A DNA stretch of 64,000 bases, from assembly GCA_963828165.1 (NCBI GenBank), contig CAWHDR010000001.1:1024001-1088000 (forward strand). The letters run 5' to 3'. Shown here piece by piece: positions 23,061 to 32,688 of this stretch (position 1 is its first letter; each line of letters begins with the position of its first letter). The notes below the pieces were generated by a model. It was not told where the DNA came from, did not search any database, and worked only from the letters and a program-made list of their open reading frames with translations. The translations under genes were made by a program, and so were the position numbers. The DNA is from an uncultured Chloroflexia bacterium (lineage in GTDB: Bacteria > Chloroflexota > Limnocylindria > Limnocylindrales > CSP1-4).

Positions 23061-23929
23061 CGGGCACCGGCTCCAACCGGCTCGGTCAGGGCATCGAGGC
23101 GATGCAGGGCCAGTCGCTCGACCCTCCCGTCGAGCGGGAGCGAAAGTCGCCGTTGCGGTTCGCGTGGTGGGCCATCTTCATCGCGGGAGTCCTCTACTTC
23201 TTCCTGCCGCTCGTCGGGACATTCGCCTTCTCGCTCCGCGCGGTGCCGTTCGGGTCGGCGTACACGGCCATCCTCGAGGACCCCAAGTTCCTGTCGAGCC
23301 TGGGCTATTCCTTCATCGTCGGGTTCATCACCATCATCATCAGCATCTCGCTGCTGGTCCCGACCGCCTTCTGGGTCCGCCTCCGCCTGCCGCGCGCTCG
23401 CCCCTTCGTCGAGTTCGTCACCCTCCTGCCGTTCGTCGTCCCACCCATCGTCCTCGTGTTCGGCCTCATCAGCACCTACAGCCGCCCGCCGTTGCCGTTC
23501 ACCCACACCGATATCGGCAGTACGGCGCTCCTCGTCTTCGGCTACGTCGTGCTGTCGTTCCCGTACATGTACCGGGCGATCGACACGGGCCTGCGGGCGA
23601 TGGACATCCAGAGCCTGACCGAAGCCGCCCAGAGCCTGGGTTCCGGCTGGCTCCGGATCCTGATCCAGGTCATCCTGCCGAACCTGCGGGTCGCGCTGCT
23701 GAGCGGAGCGTTCCTGACCCTGGCAATCGTGGTGGGTGAGTTCACGATCGCGACCTTCCTTGCCCGCAAGGTCTTCTCGGTCTACCTGTCACAACTGGGA
23801 GATATCGCCCCGTACCAGCAGTCCGCGGTCGCCCTCGTCAGCTTCGGGCTGACGTGGATCGCCATGGGCTTCATCGCGTTGCTCGGGCGCGGTTCGCGCA
23901 GCCGAGTGACGATCGCCGGCGCTCGGTAG
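23057..23929 (+). CDS. ABC permease (PotC-like)
   Basis: TEAAQSLG motif; TM helices. Confidence 0.9.
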   Translation: MTGTGSNRLGQGIEAMQGQSLDPPVERERKSPLRFAWWAIFIAGVLYFFLPLVGTFAFSLRAVPFGSAYTAILEDPKFLSSLGYSFIVGFITIIISISLLVPTAFWVRLRLPRARPFVEFVTLLPFVVPPIVLVFGLISTYSRPPLPFTHTDIGSTALLVFGYVVLSFPYMYRAIDTGLRAMDIQSLTEAAQSLGSGWLRILIQVILPNLRVALLSGAFLTLAIVVGEFTIATFLARKVFSVYLSQLGDIAPYQQSAVALVSFGLTWIAMGFIALLGRGSRSRVTIAGAR

Positions 23930-23945
23930 GGAGACGACGAACACC

Positions 23946-25100
23946 ATGGCCTTCCTGGAACTCAGCGGCATCCAGAAGCGGTTCGGCGACGTGGCCGCGG
24001 TGCAGGATTTCGACCTGGCTGCGGAACGTGGTGAGTTCGTCTCGTTCCTTGGCCCATCGGGCTGCGGCAAGACGACCACGCTGCGCATGATCGCCGGCTT
24101 CGAACGCCCGACAGCGGGCACCGTCATCATCGACGGCGCGGACGTCACCCACCGCGCTCCGAACCAGCGCAACGTCGGCATGGTCTTCCAGTCCTACGCG
24201 CTGTTCCCGAACATGAACGTTGCCAACAACATCGGGTTCGGACTCAAGATCCGGAAGCGCCCGAAGAACGACATCGATCGGCGCGTCGCCGAGCTGCTCG
24301 ACCTCATCCACCTCGAGGGTCGCGGAGACCGCTTCCCGTGGCAGCTGTCGGGGGGACAGCAGCAGCGCGTGGCGCTGGCCCGCGCCCTGGCCATCGAGCC
24401 AACGGTCCTGCTGCTCGACGAGCCGCTCTCGGCGCTCGATGCCAAGATCCGCGTCGCGCTCCGCCACGAGATCCGCGAGATCCAGCGCCAGCTCGGCATC
24501 ACGACGGTGTACGTCACCCACGACCAGGAGGAGGCGCTGGAGCTGTCCGATCGGATCGTGGTCATGAGCGAGGGGCGCATCGAGCAGATCGGCACGCCGT
24601 TCGAGATCTACAACTTCCCGGCGACGGCGTTCGTGGCGTCCTTCGTGGGCACGCTCAATGCGATGGACGCGACGATCGTGGATGCCTCTGCGGGCCGCCT
24701 CTCGCTGGCCGGCCACGAGATCCGGACGACGTCCAAGCTGACCGGCTCCGCCGGGGCGGTCGTAACGGTCGCGCTGCGACCCGAGATGATCGCGCTCACC
24801 AGCCCGGATGGTTCCAATGTCGTGGCGGTCAGCCCGATGGATGGCATGAGCGGCACCAACCGCCTCCCAGGGACCGTCGCCGACGTCGCGTTCCTGGGCT
24901 CGGTCGTGCGCGTCCGCACGACGGTCGGGCCGGACGCGATCCCCGTCTACGTCGACACGTTCAACAACCCGAACCTCGCCGTACCCGCAGCCGGCTCGCC
25001 GATCGTCCTGGGCTTCCCGCCGGAAGCCTGCCTGGTCCTGGGGCGCGACGCCGTCCCGGACCGGTCCGACGCGCTGGCGGCCGCGGAGGCGATGCTGTAG
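23946..25100 (+). CDS. ABC ATPase (PotA-like, TOBE domain)
   Basis: GPSGCGKT, LSGGQQQR, DEPLSALD. Confidence 0.92.
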   Translation: MAFLELSGIQKRFGDVAAVQDFDLAAERGEFVSFLGPSGCGKTTTLRMIAGFERPTAGTVIIDGADVTHRAPNQRNVGMVFQSYALFPNMNVANNIGFGLKIRKRPKNDIDRRVAELLDLIHLEGRGDRFPWQLSGGQQQRVALARALAIEPTVLLLDEPLSALDAKIRVALRHEIREIQRQLGITTVYVTHDQEEALELSDRIVVMSEGRIEQIGTPFEIYNFPATAFVASFVGTLNAMDATIVDASAGRLSLAGHEIRTTSKLTGSAGAVVTVALRPEMIALTSPDGSNVVAVSPMDGMSGTNRLPGTVADVAFLGSVVRVRTTVGPDAIPVYVDTFNNPNLAVPAAGSPIVLGFPPEACLVLGRDAVPDRSDALAAAEAML

Positions 25101-25834
25101 TCGCGGGCGGATCCCCGCTGGACCTCACGGGGATCGATCTCGTGATCTTCGACAAGGACGGCACGCTCATCGACTTCCACGCGATGTGGGGTGGCTGGGC
25201 GCGCGAGCTCGGGACGCGGCTGGAAGCCGCCGCTCGGCGGCCCGTGGCCCCCGACGTGTTCGCGGCGATCGGCTTCGATCCCTCGACCGGTCGGGTTGCC
25301 GCCGGCGGGCCGCTTGCTGCCGCGACGATGGCCGAGATCGAGGGGGTCGTGGCCGCGGTCCTGCGGCGCTGGTGCCCCAGCGTGGCGGCGGCGCGGCGGG
25401 CGACCGAGACGGCATGGTTCGTCCCGGATCCGGTGGCGCTGGCCCAGCCCCTGGCGGACCTCCCCGCCCTCTTCGGGGAGTTGCGCGACGGTGGTCTCCG
25501 GATCGGGGTCGTGACGACCGACGATCGGGCCCCGACCGACGCGACCCTTCGAGCCCTGGGCGTGCGGGAGGCGGTCGGCGCGATGGTCTGCGGGGACGAT
25601 GGGTTCCCGATGAAACCCGAGCCCGATCCGGTCTTCGCCGTGTGCCAGGCGCTCGAGACCGAGCCGCTCCGCGTGGCCGTCGTCGGCGACTCCCCGGCCG
25701 ACCTCGCGATGGCGCGCGCAGCCGGCGCCGGTCTCGTCGTCGGCGTCCTGACCGGGGTCGGCACGGCGGCCGAACTGGCCGCGGCGGATGTCGTCATCGC
25801 GTCCGTAGCCGAGCTGCGCTCGCCGAACCGCTGA
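25097..25834 (+). CDS. HAD family hydrolase (start uncertain)
   Basis: IFDKDGTL motif I, VVTTD, KPEP, VVGDSPAD. Confidence 0.85.
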   Translation, partial: VVAGGSPLDLTGIDLVIFDKDGTLIDFHAMWGGWARELGTRLEAAARRPVAPDVFAAIGFDPSTGRVAAGGPLAAATMAEIEGVVAAVLRRWCPSVAAARRATETAWFVPDPVALAQPLADLPALFGELRDGGLRIGVVTTDDRAPTDATLRALGVREAVGAMVCGDDGFPMKPEPDPVFAVCQALETEPLRVAVVGDSPADLAMARAAGAGLVVGVLTGVGTAAELAAADVVIASVAELRSPNR

Positions 25835-25871
25835 CGCCCGCGCTCGCCGGGCCGCTGACGCCCGCGCTCGC
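25816..25871. repeat. 24-bp tandem duplication spanning the HAD stop codon
   Basis: ccgctgacgcccgcgctcgc at 25828 and 25852. Confidence 0.7.
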
Positions 25872-26017
25872 AGCTCAGCGCGCGAACCGCCGCCGGACCC
25901 CTCTGGTACCGATGGGCCATCGTTCGTAAGGGCACCAGACCGTACCGTACCTGTGACCTCCCGCACCAGCGGGCGGCCCGGCCTGCCCGGATCCCAGATG
26001 GAGGCTCTTCGCCGCCC

Positions 26018-29000
26018 ATGGTCCTCGCCCAGGAACGACGCGTTTCGAAGACCCGCCCCCACGGGTCCCGACGCGACGTCCCGCGCGCCCGGGCGACCGA
26101 TCCCGGCGGTCCGACGACGGCCGACGCGCTGAGCCGGATCGCGGCCAAGGTCAGCGGACGACGCGACGTCAACGGCCTGTTCGAGGACGTGATCGACGAG
26201 GCATTCGGGCTCTTCGGGGTGGACCGGGCCGGCCTCTGGCTGTACGACCAGTCCGCCGCAAGGCCGCTCTCGCTCGGCGCCCACCGAGGCCTGTCGCCAG
26301 AGATCATCGAAGCGATCAGCGCCCTGCCACCGGACGCCCCGACGACCGGGATGGACGCGATCCGCCGCCGGCGCGTCCGCGTGCTCGACCGCGCCATGCG
26401 CACCACGACCCCGGAGCTCCGGGCGGTCTATCGCTCCATCGGCGTCCGCAGCGTGTGCTTCGTGCCGCTCGTGTTCGGCGACGAACCCCTCGGACTGCTC
26501 GTGCTCTACCACCGCGAGGCCTACGCCTGGACGCCTGACGAACGTGCCCTGGCCAGGGCCTTCGGTGACCAGATGGCCACCGCGATCGGTGGCGCCCGGC
26601 TGGCGGATTCGCGCCGGACCCTCGCAGATCGGCTCACGTCGATCGCGGAGCTGACGGGCAGGCTCAACCAGCTGCGCGACCAGGAGGCCATCGCGTGGGC
26701 GATCGTCGCGGAAGCCAAGCGACTCTCGGACCACGACACGATCCGGGTCTATCGCGTCGATCACGAGACCGGGATGTGCGAGCCACTCGCGTTCGATGGG
26801 TCGTTCCTCGGGACCACGAAGCCGGCGCTCGAGACCCTGCGCGTCCCGATCGGCAAGGGCCTCACCGGTTGGGTCGCCGAACACGGTCGACCGGTCCGGC
26901 TGGGCGACGCCGCGCGGGATCCACGCGGGTGGGTCGTCGGGACGACCGACCAGCCGGAATCGATCCTGATCGTGCCGATGCTCCAGCAGGACGTGGTCCA
27001 GGGCCTGATCGTCATCACGGCCATCGGCCGCGACCGCTTCGAGCTCGACGACGAGGTGACGCTGGCGATCTTCGCGGCATCGGCCGTGCAGGCGCTGGTG
27101 AACGCCGGGAACGTGGATCGGCTGCATCGCCAGCAGGTCGAGCTGGAGCACCAGCTGGACGGCCAGCGGCGGCTGCTCGACGTCAACGAGCGGCTGCTCT
27201 CGACGCTGGATCCCGCAGGGGTCCTCGACCTCATCGCCGATTCCCTCAAGGCGATCGTCCCGTACGACACGCTCACGGTCTATCGCGTCGACCGGGCCGC
27301 CGGGGTCCGCCGCGCGGTCATCACCCGCGATCGCTTCGCGGACCAGATCCTCGCGTACGAGAGTCCGTTGGGACCGGGCATCACCGGTTGGGTCATCGAC
27401 CATGGCGAGGCGGTCCTCGCCAACGATGCGATGGCGGATCCACGCTCGGTCCAGATCCCCGGCACCCCCAACGAGCCAGAGGCCATGATCATCGTCCCGC
27501 TGATGGTCAACGGCGAGACCATCGGCACCCTCAACATCGGGCGGATGGGCGAGGAGGAGGCCCACTTCAACCTGAACGAGTACGAGCTGACGAAACTGTT
27601 CGCCGGCCAGGCGTCGATCGCCCTGCAGAACGCCGAGGCCCACGGCGCGGTCCGTGTCCGGGCGGAGCAGGATGCCCTGACCGGGCTGCGCAACCACGGC
27701 TCGTTCCAGCGCGAGCTCGGAGAGGCGGTCGAGAAGGGCGCGCCATTCGCGGTGCTCATGCTGGATCTCGACGACTTCAAGAGCTTCAACGACGCGCTCG
27801 GCCACCCCGCGGGCGACGCCTTGCTCGTGGACATCGCCCGATCCATGACCACCGCCACGCGCGACGGCGATCGCCTCTACCGATACGGGGGCGACGAGTT
27901 CGCGACGATCCTCCCGGGCGCCGACCGGATCGTCGCGCACGAGGTCGCGGAACGGATCCGCGGCGTCGTCCGCTCACGTGCCGAGGCGACCGCCGGGCTT
28001 GACGCGGATTCCCGTCCGATCGTGACCATCAGCGCCGGGCTTGCCTGCTTCCCGGACGACGGCAGGACCAAGGACGAGCTCGTCGCGGTCGCGGACCGCG
28101 CGCTCTACCAGGTGAAGCCCATCGATGGACGGCTCACGGACGTGGCCCACGCGGATCCCTACCTGCGTGCGCTCGACGAGACCGCGCTCGCGTTGCTCGA
28201 CCACCACGATCCGGATCGCTTGCTGGACGTGATCGTGAGACGGGCCATCGCCCTGCTCGGGACGCCGCACGGGTTCCTGTACCTGCGCGAACCGGACGGG
28301 GACGAAGTCGAGGTGCGGGTGGGGACCGGCCTCTTCGATGGCTATCTCGGCCGCCGCATGGGCATCAACGAGGGTCTGGCGGGCCGTGTGGTGACGACCG
28401 GACGCCCGCTCGCCATCGACGATTACGACACGTGGGAGGGTCGCTCGCCGACGTTGCCCGCGGGGATCTTCGGTTCCGTCGTCGGCGTCCCGCTCACGTC
28501 GGGCGGCCGGGTCGTCGGCGTGCTCGGCCTCGGGTCGGGCAGCAGCGAGCGGCGGTGGGGCAGCCGGGACATCGGCGCGCTGACGAGCTTCGGCAAGCTC
28601 GCGTCCATCGCGCTCGACAACGCCCGGCTCATCGATGTCGCCCAGCGAGGGGCGCTCTACGACCCGACGACCGGCCTCCCCAATCGCGAGCTCCTGACCG
28701 ACCGCATCGCGCACGCCCTCGCCGGACATCAGGCGGAGGACACCGGCTCCATCGCGGTGGTCCTGCTCGGCCTCGACCGGTTCAAGGTCATCAACGAGAG
28801 TCTGGGCCACCTCATGGGCGACCGCCTTCTGGTGGCCGTCGGCCAGCGGCTCGTGCGCGGCGTGCGCCCGGGCGACACCGTGGCGCGCGTCGGCGGCGAC
28901 GAATTCGGGATCATCTTCGACCCGGTCGCCGATGCCGAAGAGGCGCGGAGCATCGCCGACCGGATCGTCGCGGAGCTGCGTGTCCCGTTCCCGCTCAATG

Positions 29001-29977
29001 ACCGCGAATGGTTCGTCAGCGCGTCGATGGGCATCGCGCTGGCCCAGCCCGGGCGAGCGACCCCCGACGAACTGCTGCGCGAAGCGGAGATCGCCATGGT
29101 CCGCGCGAAGGGCAACACCACGCAGCGGCACGCGTTCTTCGAGCCGTCCATGAGCGCCCAGACCCTGGAGCGGGTCGAGCTCGAGAGCGACCTCCGCTCG
29201 GCCCTCGAACGGGGAGAGCTGCGCGTCCACTACCAGCCGATCGTGACCCTCGAGAGCACCGAGATCGTCGGCTTCGAGGCACTCGTCCGCTGGCAGCATC
29301 CGACGCGTGGCCTCGTACCTCCCTTGGCGTTCATCCCACTCGCCGAGGAGACGGGCTTGATCATCCCACTTGGGCGCTGGGTCCTCGAGACCGCGTGCCG
29401 CCAGGCCGCCAAATGGCGCGCGACGCGGTCGGCTCCGGATGACAAGCCGCTGTTCGTGTCGGTCAACCTCTCGGCGCGCCAGTTCATGCAGCCCGACCTC
29501 GTAGGTGACGTCGCAAGCGTGCTCGCGGAGACCGGACTGGACGCCGGCTCGCTCGACCTCGAGATCACCGAGAGCGTCCTGATGGACCACTCCGAGACGG
29601 GTATCCGCACGCTCCGCCGGCTGCGTGCGCTGGGCGTCCGGCTCGTGCTCGACGACTTCGGGACGGGGTACTCCTCGCTGTCCTACCTCAAGCACCTGCC
29701 GCTCGACACGATCAAGATCGACCGCTCGTTCGTCGCCGGTATCGAAGAGAAGGCGGACCGCTCGATCGTCCAGGCGGTCGTGGCGCTCGCCCACGGCCTC
29801 GGCATCGGCGTCGTCGCGGAGGGCATCGAGACCGAACGCCAGGCCGAGCGCCTGCTCGCGCTGGGTTGCGACCTGGGCCAGGGCTACCTGTTCAGCCGCC
29901 CCGTGCCGGCCGCGAAGACCGCGCGCCTGCTGCGCGCCCCCACGATCCGCGCCGCGGCCCTTCGCCGCGTCGGCTGA
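26018..29977 (+). CDS. Multi-sensor c-di-GMP protein GAF-GAF-GAF-GGDEF-GAF-GGDEF-EAL
   Basis: DALTGL..YRYGGDEF; DPTTGLPNR..ARVGGDEF; FEALVRW, DDFGTGYSS, EGIE, QGYLF. Confidence 0.92.
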   Translation: MVLAQERRVSKTRPHGSRRDVPRARATDPGGPTTADALSRIAAKVSGRRDVNGLFEDVIDEAFGLFGVDRAGLWLYDQSAARPLSLGAHRGLSPEIIEAISALPPDAPTTGMDAIRRRRVRVLDRAMRTTTPELRAVYRSIGVRSVCFVPLVFGDEPLGLLVLYHREAYAWTPDERALARAFGDQMATAIGGARLADSRRTLADRLTSIAELTGRLNQLRDQEAIAWAIVAEAKRLSDHDTIRVYRVDHETGMCEPLAFDGSFLGTTKPALETLRVPIGKGLTGWVAEHGRPVRLGDAARDPRGWVVGTTDQPESILIVPMLQQDVVQGLIVITAIGRDRFELDDEVTLAIFAASAVQALVNAGNVDRLHRQQVELEHQLDGQRRLLDVNERLLSTLDPAGVLDLIADSLKAIVPYDTLTVYRVDRAAGVRRAVITRDRFADQILAYESPLGPGITGWVIDHGEAVLANDAMADPRSVQIPGTPNEPEAMIIVPLMVNGETIGTLNIGRMGEEEAHFNLNEYELTKLFAGQASIALQNAEAHGAVRVRAEQDALTGLRNHGSFQRELGEAVEKGAPFAVLMLDLDDFKSFNDALGHPAGDALLVDIARSMTTATRDGDRLYRYGGDEFATILPGADRIVAHEVAERIRGVVRSRAEATAGLDADSRPIVTISAGLACFPDDGRTKDELVAVADRALYQVKPIDGRLTDVAHADPYLRALDETALALLDHHDPDRLLDVIVRRAIALLGTPHGFLYLREPDGDEVEVRVGTGLFDGYLGRRMGINEGLAGRVVTTGRPLAIDDYDTWEGRSPTLPAGIFGSVVGVPLTSGGRVVGVLGLGSGSSERRWGSRDIGALTSFGKLASIALDNARLIDVAQRGALYDPTTGLPNRELLTDRIAHALAGHQAEDTGSIAVVLLGLDRFKVINESLGHLMGDRLLVAVGQRLVRGVRPGDTVARVGGDEFGIIFDPVADAEEARSIADRIVAELRVPFPLNDREWFVSASMGIALAQPGRATPDELLREAEIAMVRAKGNTTQRHAFFEPSMSAQTLERVELESDLRSALERGELRVHYQPIVTLESTEIVGFEALVRWQHPTRGLVPPLAFIPLAEETGLIIPLGRWVLETACRQAAKWRATRSAPDDKPLFVSVNLSARQFMQPDLVGDVASVLAETGLDAGSLDLEITESVLMDHSETGIRTLRRLRALGVRLVLDDFGTGYSSLSYLKHLPLDTIKIDRSFVAGIEEKADRSIVQAVVALAHGLGIGVVAEGIETERQAERLLALGCDLGQGYLFSRPVPAAKTARLLRAPTIRAAALRRVG

Positions 29978-30007
29978 CCAGAGCGAGGCCCGTCTTGGAG
30001 CAGGTCC

Positions 30008-30749
30008 TTAGTCGCGGCCGCCGAACAGCTGGAGCATGAACAGGAACAGGTTCACGAAACTGAGATAGAGCAGGAGCGCGCCGATGACGGCCCCCTTCTC
30101 CATCGAACCTGTCTGGGCGGCGAGCTCGCCGTTCTGGATCCGCTGGACGTAGTACGCGGTGAGGGCCGTGAAGAGCACGACACCCACGATCGAGATGACC
30201 CAGTTCAGGCCGTCGCTCGCCAGGAAGATGTTGATCAGCGACGCCACCAGGATCCCGATGATGCCCATGAACAGGATCCCGCCGAGACCGGCAAGGGAGC
30301 GCTTCGTGACGCTGCCGTAGATCGCCGCGGCACCGAACATCGCGGAAGCCGACAGGAACGCCGTCGCGACCGATGCGCCCGTGAACCCCGACACGATCAG
30401 CCCGATCGTCAGGCCGAGCGCTCGCGGCGTAGACGAAGAACAGGCCGAGCGCGACGGTCGCGCTGATCCGGTTGATGCCCCAGCTGATCCCGATCACGAG
30501 AGCGAGCTGGGCGATGATCAGGATGAAGTAGTTATCCAGCGCGAAGCCGAGCAGCCGCTCGTTCGACTGGACCATGAAAGCCACGCCGGCGCTGATCAGC
30601 AGCCCGACGAACATCCACAGGAAGGCCTGGCTCAGGAACGCCGTAGCGAGTCGGGCGTCCGGCTTGACGCCGAGGGCGGACGGCGAGGCCGCCGTCCCAG
30701 GGGTGCGGTCCGGGTTGAGGTACGGGTTGGAGACGCGCTGGTCACTCAT
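30008..30749 (-). CDS. Bax inhibitor-1/YccA family membrane protein (frameshift ~30420)
   Basis: 7-TM pattern ending ALLLYLSFVNLFLFML. Confidence 0.85.
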
Positions 30750-30787
30750 TGGTCTGGGTGCTCCTAGAAAGCTTCAGGTTGACGAGT

Positions 30788-31162
30788 TCACCACATCAGG
30801 CCGGCGTCGCGCGGGTCCCAGCGCTCGGCCAGCAGCGTGACCTTGACGTCGTGTTCCACGACGGACTCGGCCTGCTCCTTGACCTGGGCGATCATGGAGC
30901 CCGCGTACGGGCAGAACGGCGTCGTGAGGATCATCTTGATCTCGGTCGAATCGGGACCCAGCAGGATCTGCTTGATGAGCGCGAGCTCGACCACGTTCAT
31001 CCCGATCTCTGGGTCGACGACCGCGCGTAGCGCGTCGAGGATGGCGAGCTCGGTGGCCCGCCGTTCGGGATCGAAGGCCGGGGCTTCGGTCGCGGGGGCG
31101 TCACCGGCCGCGGTCGCGGTGGCGGGAGCGTCCGTGATGTCAGAGGTGGTCGTGTCGGTCAT
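30788..31162 (-). CDS. Metal-sulfur cluster assembly factor (SufT/DUF59)
   Basis: VVDPEIGMNVVELALI...LTTPFCP. Confidence 0.88.
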   Translation of the reverse strand: MTDTTTSDITDAPATATAAGDAPATEAPAFDPERRATELAILDALRAVVDPEIGMNVVELALIKQILLGPDSTEIKMILTTPFCPYAGSMIAQVKEQAESVVEHDVKVTLLAERWDPRDAGLMW

Positions 31163-31276
31163 GGGTGGCGATTCTCCGAGTCGTGCGTGGCAAGAGCGTA
31201 CCACCGAGCCCGGTCAAGGCCCCCGCATCCGTTCGTACGGGCGCACACGGGCCGGGCGAGCGACGCGCGAACCCGG

Positions 31277-32299
31277 TCAGGGCCGCTGCAGCGGGATCTC
31301 CAGGCCGACCGCGGCTCCGGGCGGCACGACGACGGTGCCTCGCCCGACTTCGACGTTCTCGACGTCGCCCATCTCGAGGATCGTCACGGTGTAGGTCGCG
31401 GGCGGCAGGTGATCGATGACGAACGTGCCGTCCGGCGTGACCCCGATCCCGATCGAGTCACGACCGCCGATATCCACGTCAGCCTCGTACTGCGGTGAGA
31501 GGTTGTTCATGTCCGTCCCGGGCGGCGCAATGACCCGGCCCAGGATCCGGCCGGTCGGTTGCAGAAGGATCCCGGTCCCGTCCGAGTCCACGCGGAGCAT
31601 GCCGACCGCCCCGAAATGGGCCGCGATCCTCGCGCCCGCGTCCGGGACGGCGCTCGAGATCGACAGCTCGACGACGTTGTCGATGATGGAGACACCCGAG
31701 CCCTTCATCTGCGCCGGTAGGGTCGCGAGGAACGCCTGATCCGCAGCGATTCGTTCCTGCACGTCGTTCAGCTGGGCCTCGGTCCAGCGCACCTGCCGAA
31801 CCGCCACCGGCGCTTCGGCGCCGACGAGCTCGGCAAGCGCGGCCTGGTGTGGTGCTGGATCGTCCGTCACCAGGATCGTGACGACGCCGCCACGCGCCTG
31901 GTCGATGTACAGACCGCCCGAGACGTCGGCGTGCCCGGACAGGTAGTCCTGCAGGGCCGTGGTGATCCCCGCCTCGCCGTTCGGGCGACGCATGATCTCG
32001 TCACGCTCGAACGGCATCAGCGGTACGCCGAAATCCATGACGGCGGTCGGGTTCGCCGCAACGGCGCGGACCCAGGCCTCGTCCTCGCGCAGGCCGAATT
32101 CCCGGCGCAGCGCGATGGCCCCGGCGACCTCCGCCGGGCTGAGGACGACGGGACCTTCCATCGACGGCGCGGCCGGCGCGGCCGGCGCGGCCGGCGCCGC
32201 CGGCTGGGCCGGTTCGGGGGACGGCGCCGCTTGTTCGACGCAGGCCGACACGATTGCGGCGACGAAAAGGATGCCCAGGAGCGAACGCTTGGTTAGCAC
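31277..32299 (-). CDS. Lipoprotein with protease-prodomain-like region and carboxypeptidase-regulatory-like beta domain
   Basis: Lipobox VSAC, (PAA)n linker, C-terminal GRILGRV...DGTFVIDHLPPATYTV. Confidence 0.65.
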   Translation of the reverse strand: MLTKRSLLGILFVAAIVSACVEQAAPSPEPAQPAAPAAPAAPAAPSMEGPVVLSPAEVAGAIALRREFGLREDEAWVRAVAANPTAVMDFGVPLMPFERDEIMRRPNGEAGITTALQDYLSGHADVSGGLYIDQARGGVVTILVTDDPAPHQAALAELVGAEAPVAVRQVRWTEAQLNDVQERIAADQAFLATLPAQMKGSGVSIIDNVVELSISSAVPDAGARIAAHFGAVGMLRVDSDGTGILLQPTGRILGRVIAPPGTDMNNLSPQYEADVDIGGRDSIGIGVTPDGTFVIDHLPPATYTVTILEMGDVENVEVGRGTVVVPPGAAVGLEIPLQRP

Positions 32300-32342
32300 G
32301 CGAGATAGACGAACGGGCCGGCGGCCGTGCGATGCCGCTCGG

Positions 32343-32684
32343 TCAGCTCGTCGCGGTTTCGGTCTGTGGCGCGTCCTTGATCACGATCCCAGGCAGGCGA
32401 TACTGGGCCGGCAGGATCGCGGCTTCCTGCTCCGAGTACCCGGGTCCGGCCAAGGACCCGTCGGCCTCGAAGAAGTCTGCGTATCGCTCGCGGTTGTTCG
32501 CGGCGAACGTGAACGCGGCGGCGACGCCCACGGTCCGCAGCTCGGGGTGGTCGGTCAGGATTCGGGTCAGGTCGTAGCCGTTCGATCGCAGCTCGAGGAG
32601 CTGACGCACGGTCAGCCGTGAGCCGTAGCAAAACGGCTCGCCGTTCATCACGAGCGGGTCCTGCTGGACCCACTTGATGGTCAC
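32343..32684 (-). CDS. DUF433 domain protein
   Basis: DPLVMNGEPFCYGSRLTV...ILTDHPEL. Confidence 0.75.
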   Translation of the reverse strand: MTIKWVQQDPLVMNGEPFCYGSRLTVRQLLELRSNGYDLTRILTDHPELRTVGVAAAFTFAANNRERYADFFEADGSLAGPGYSEQEAAILPAQYRLPGIVIKDAPQTETATS

Positions 32685-32688
32685 GCGC

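Noticed and set aside
25895-26017. c-di-GMP riboswitch upstream of the GGDEF/EAL gene
   Set aside because: Only short hairpins; no GEMM-I or c-di-GMP-II conserved core recognised.
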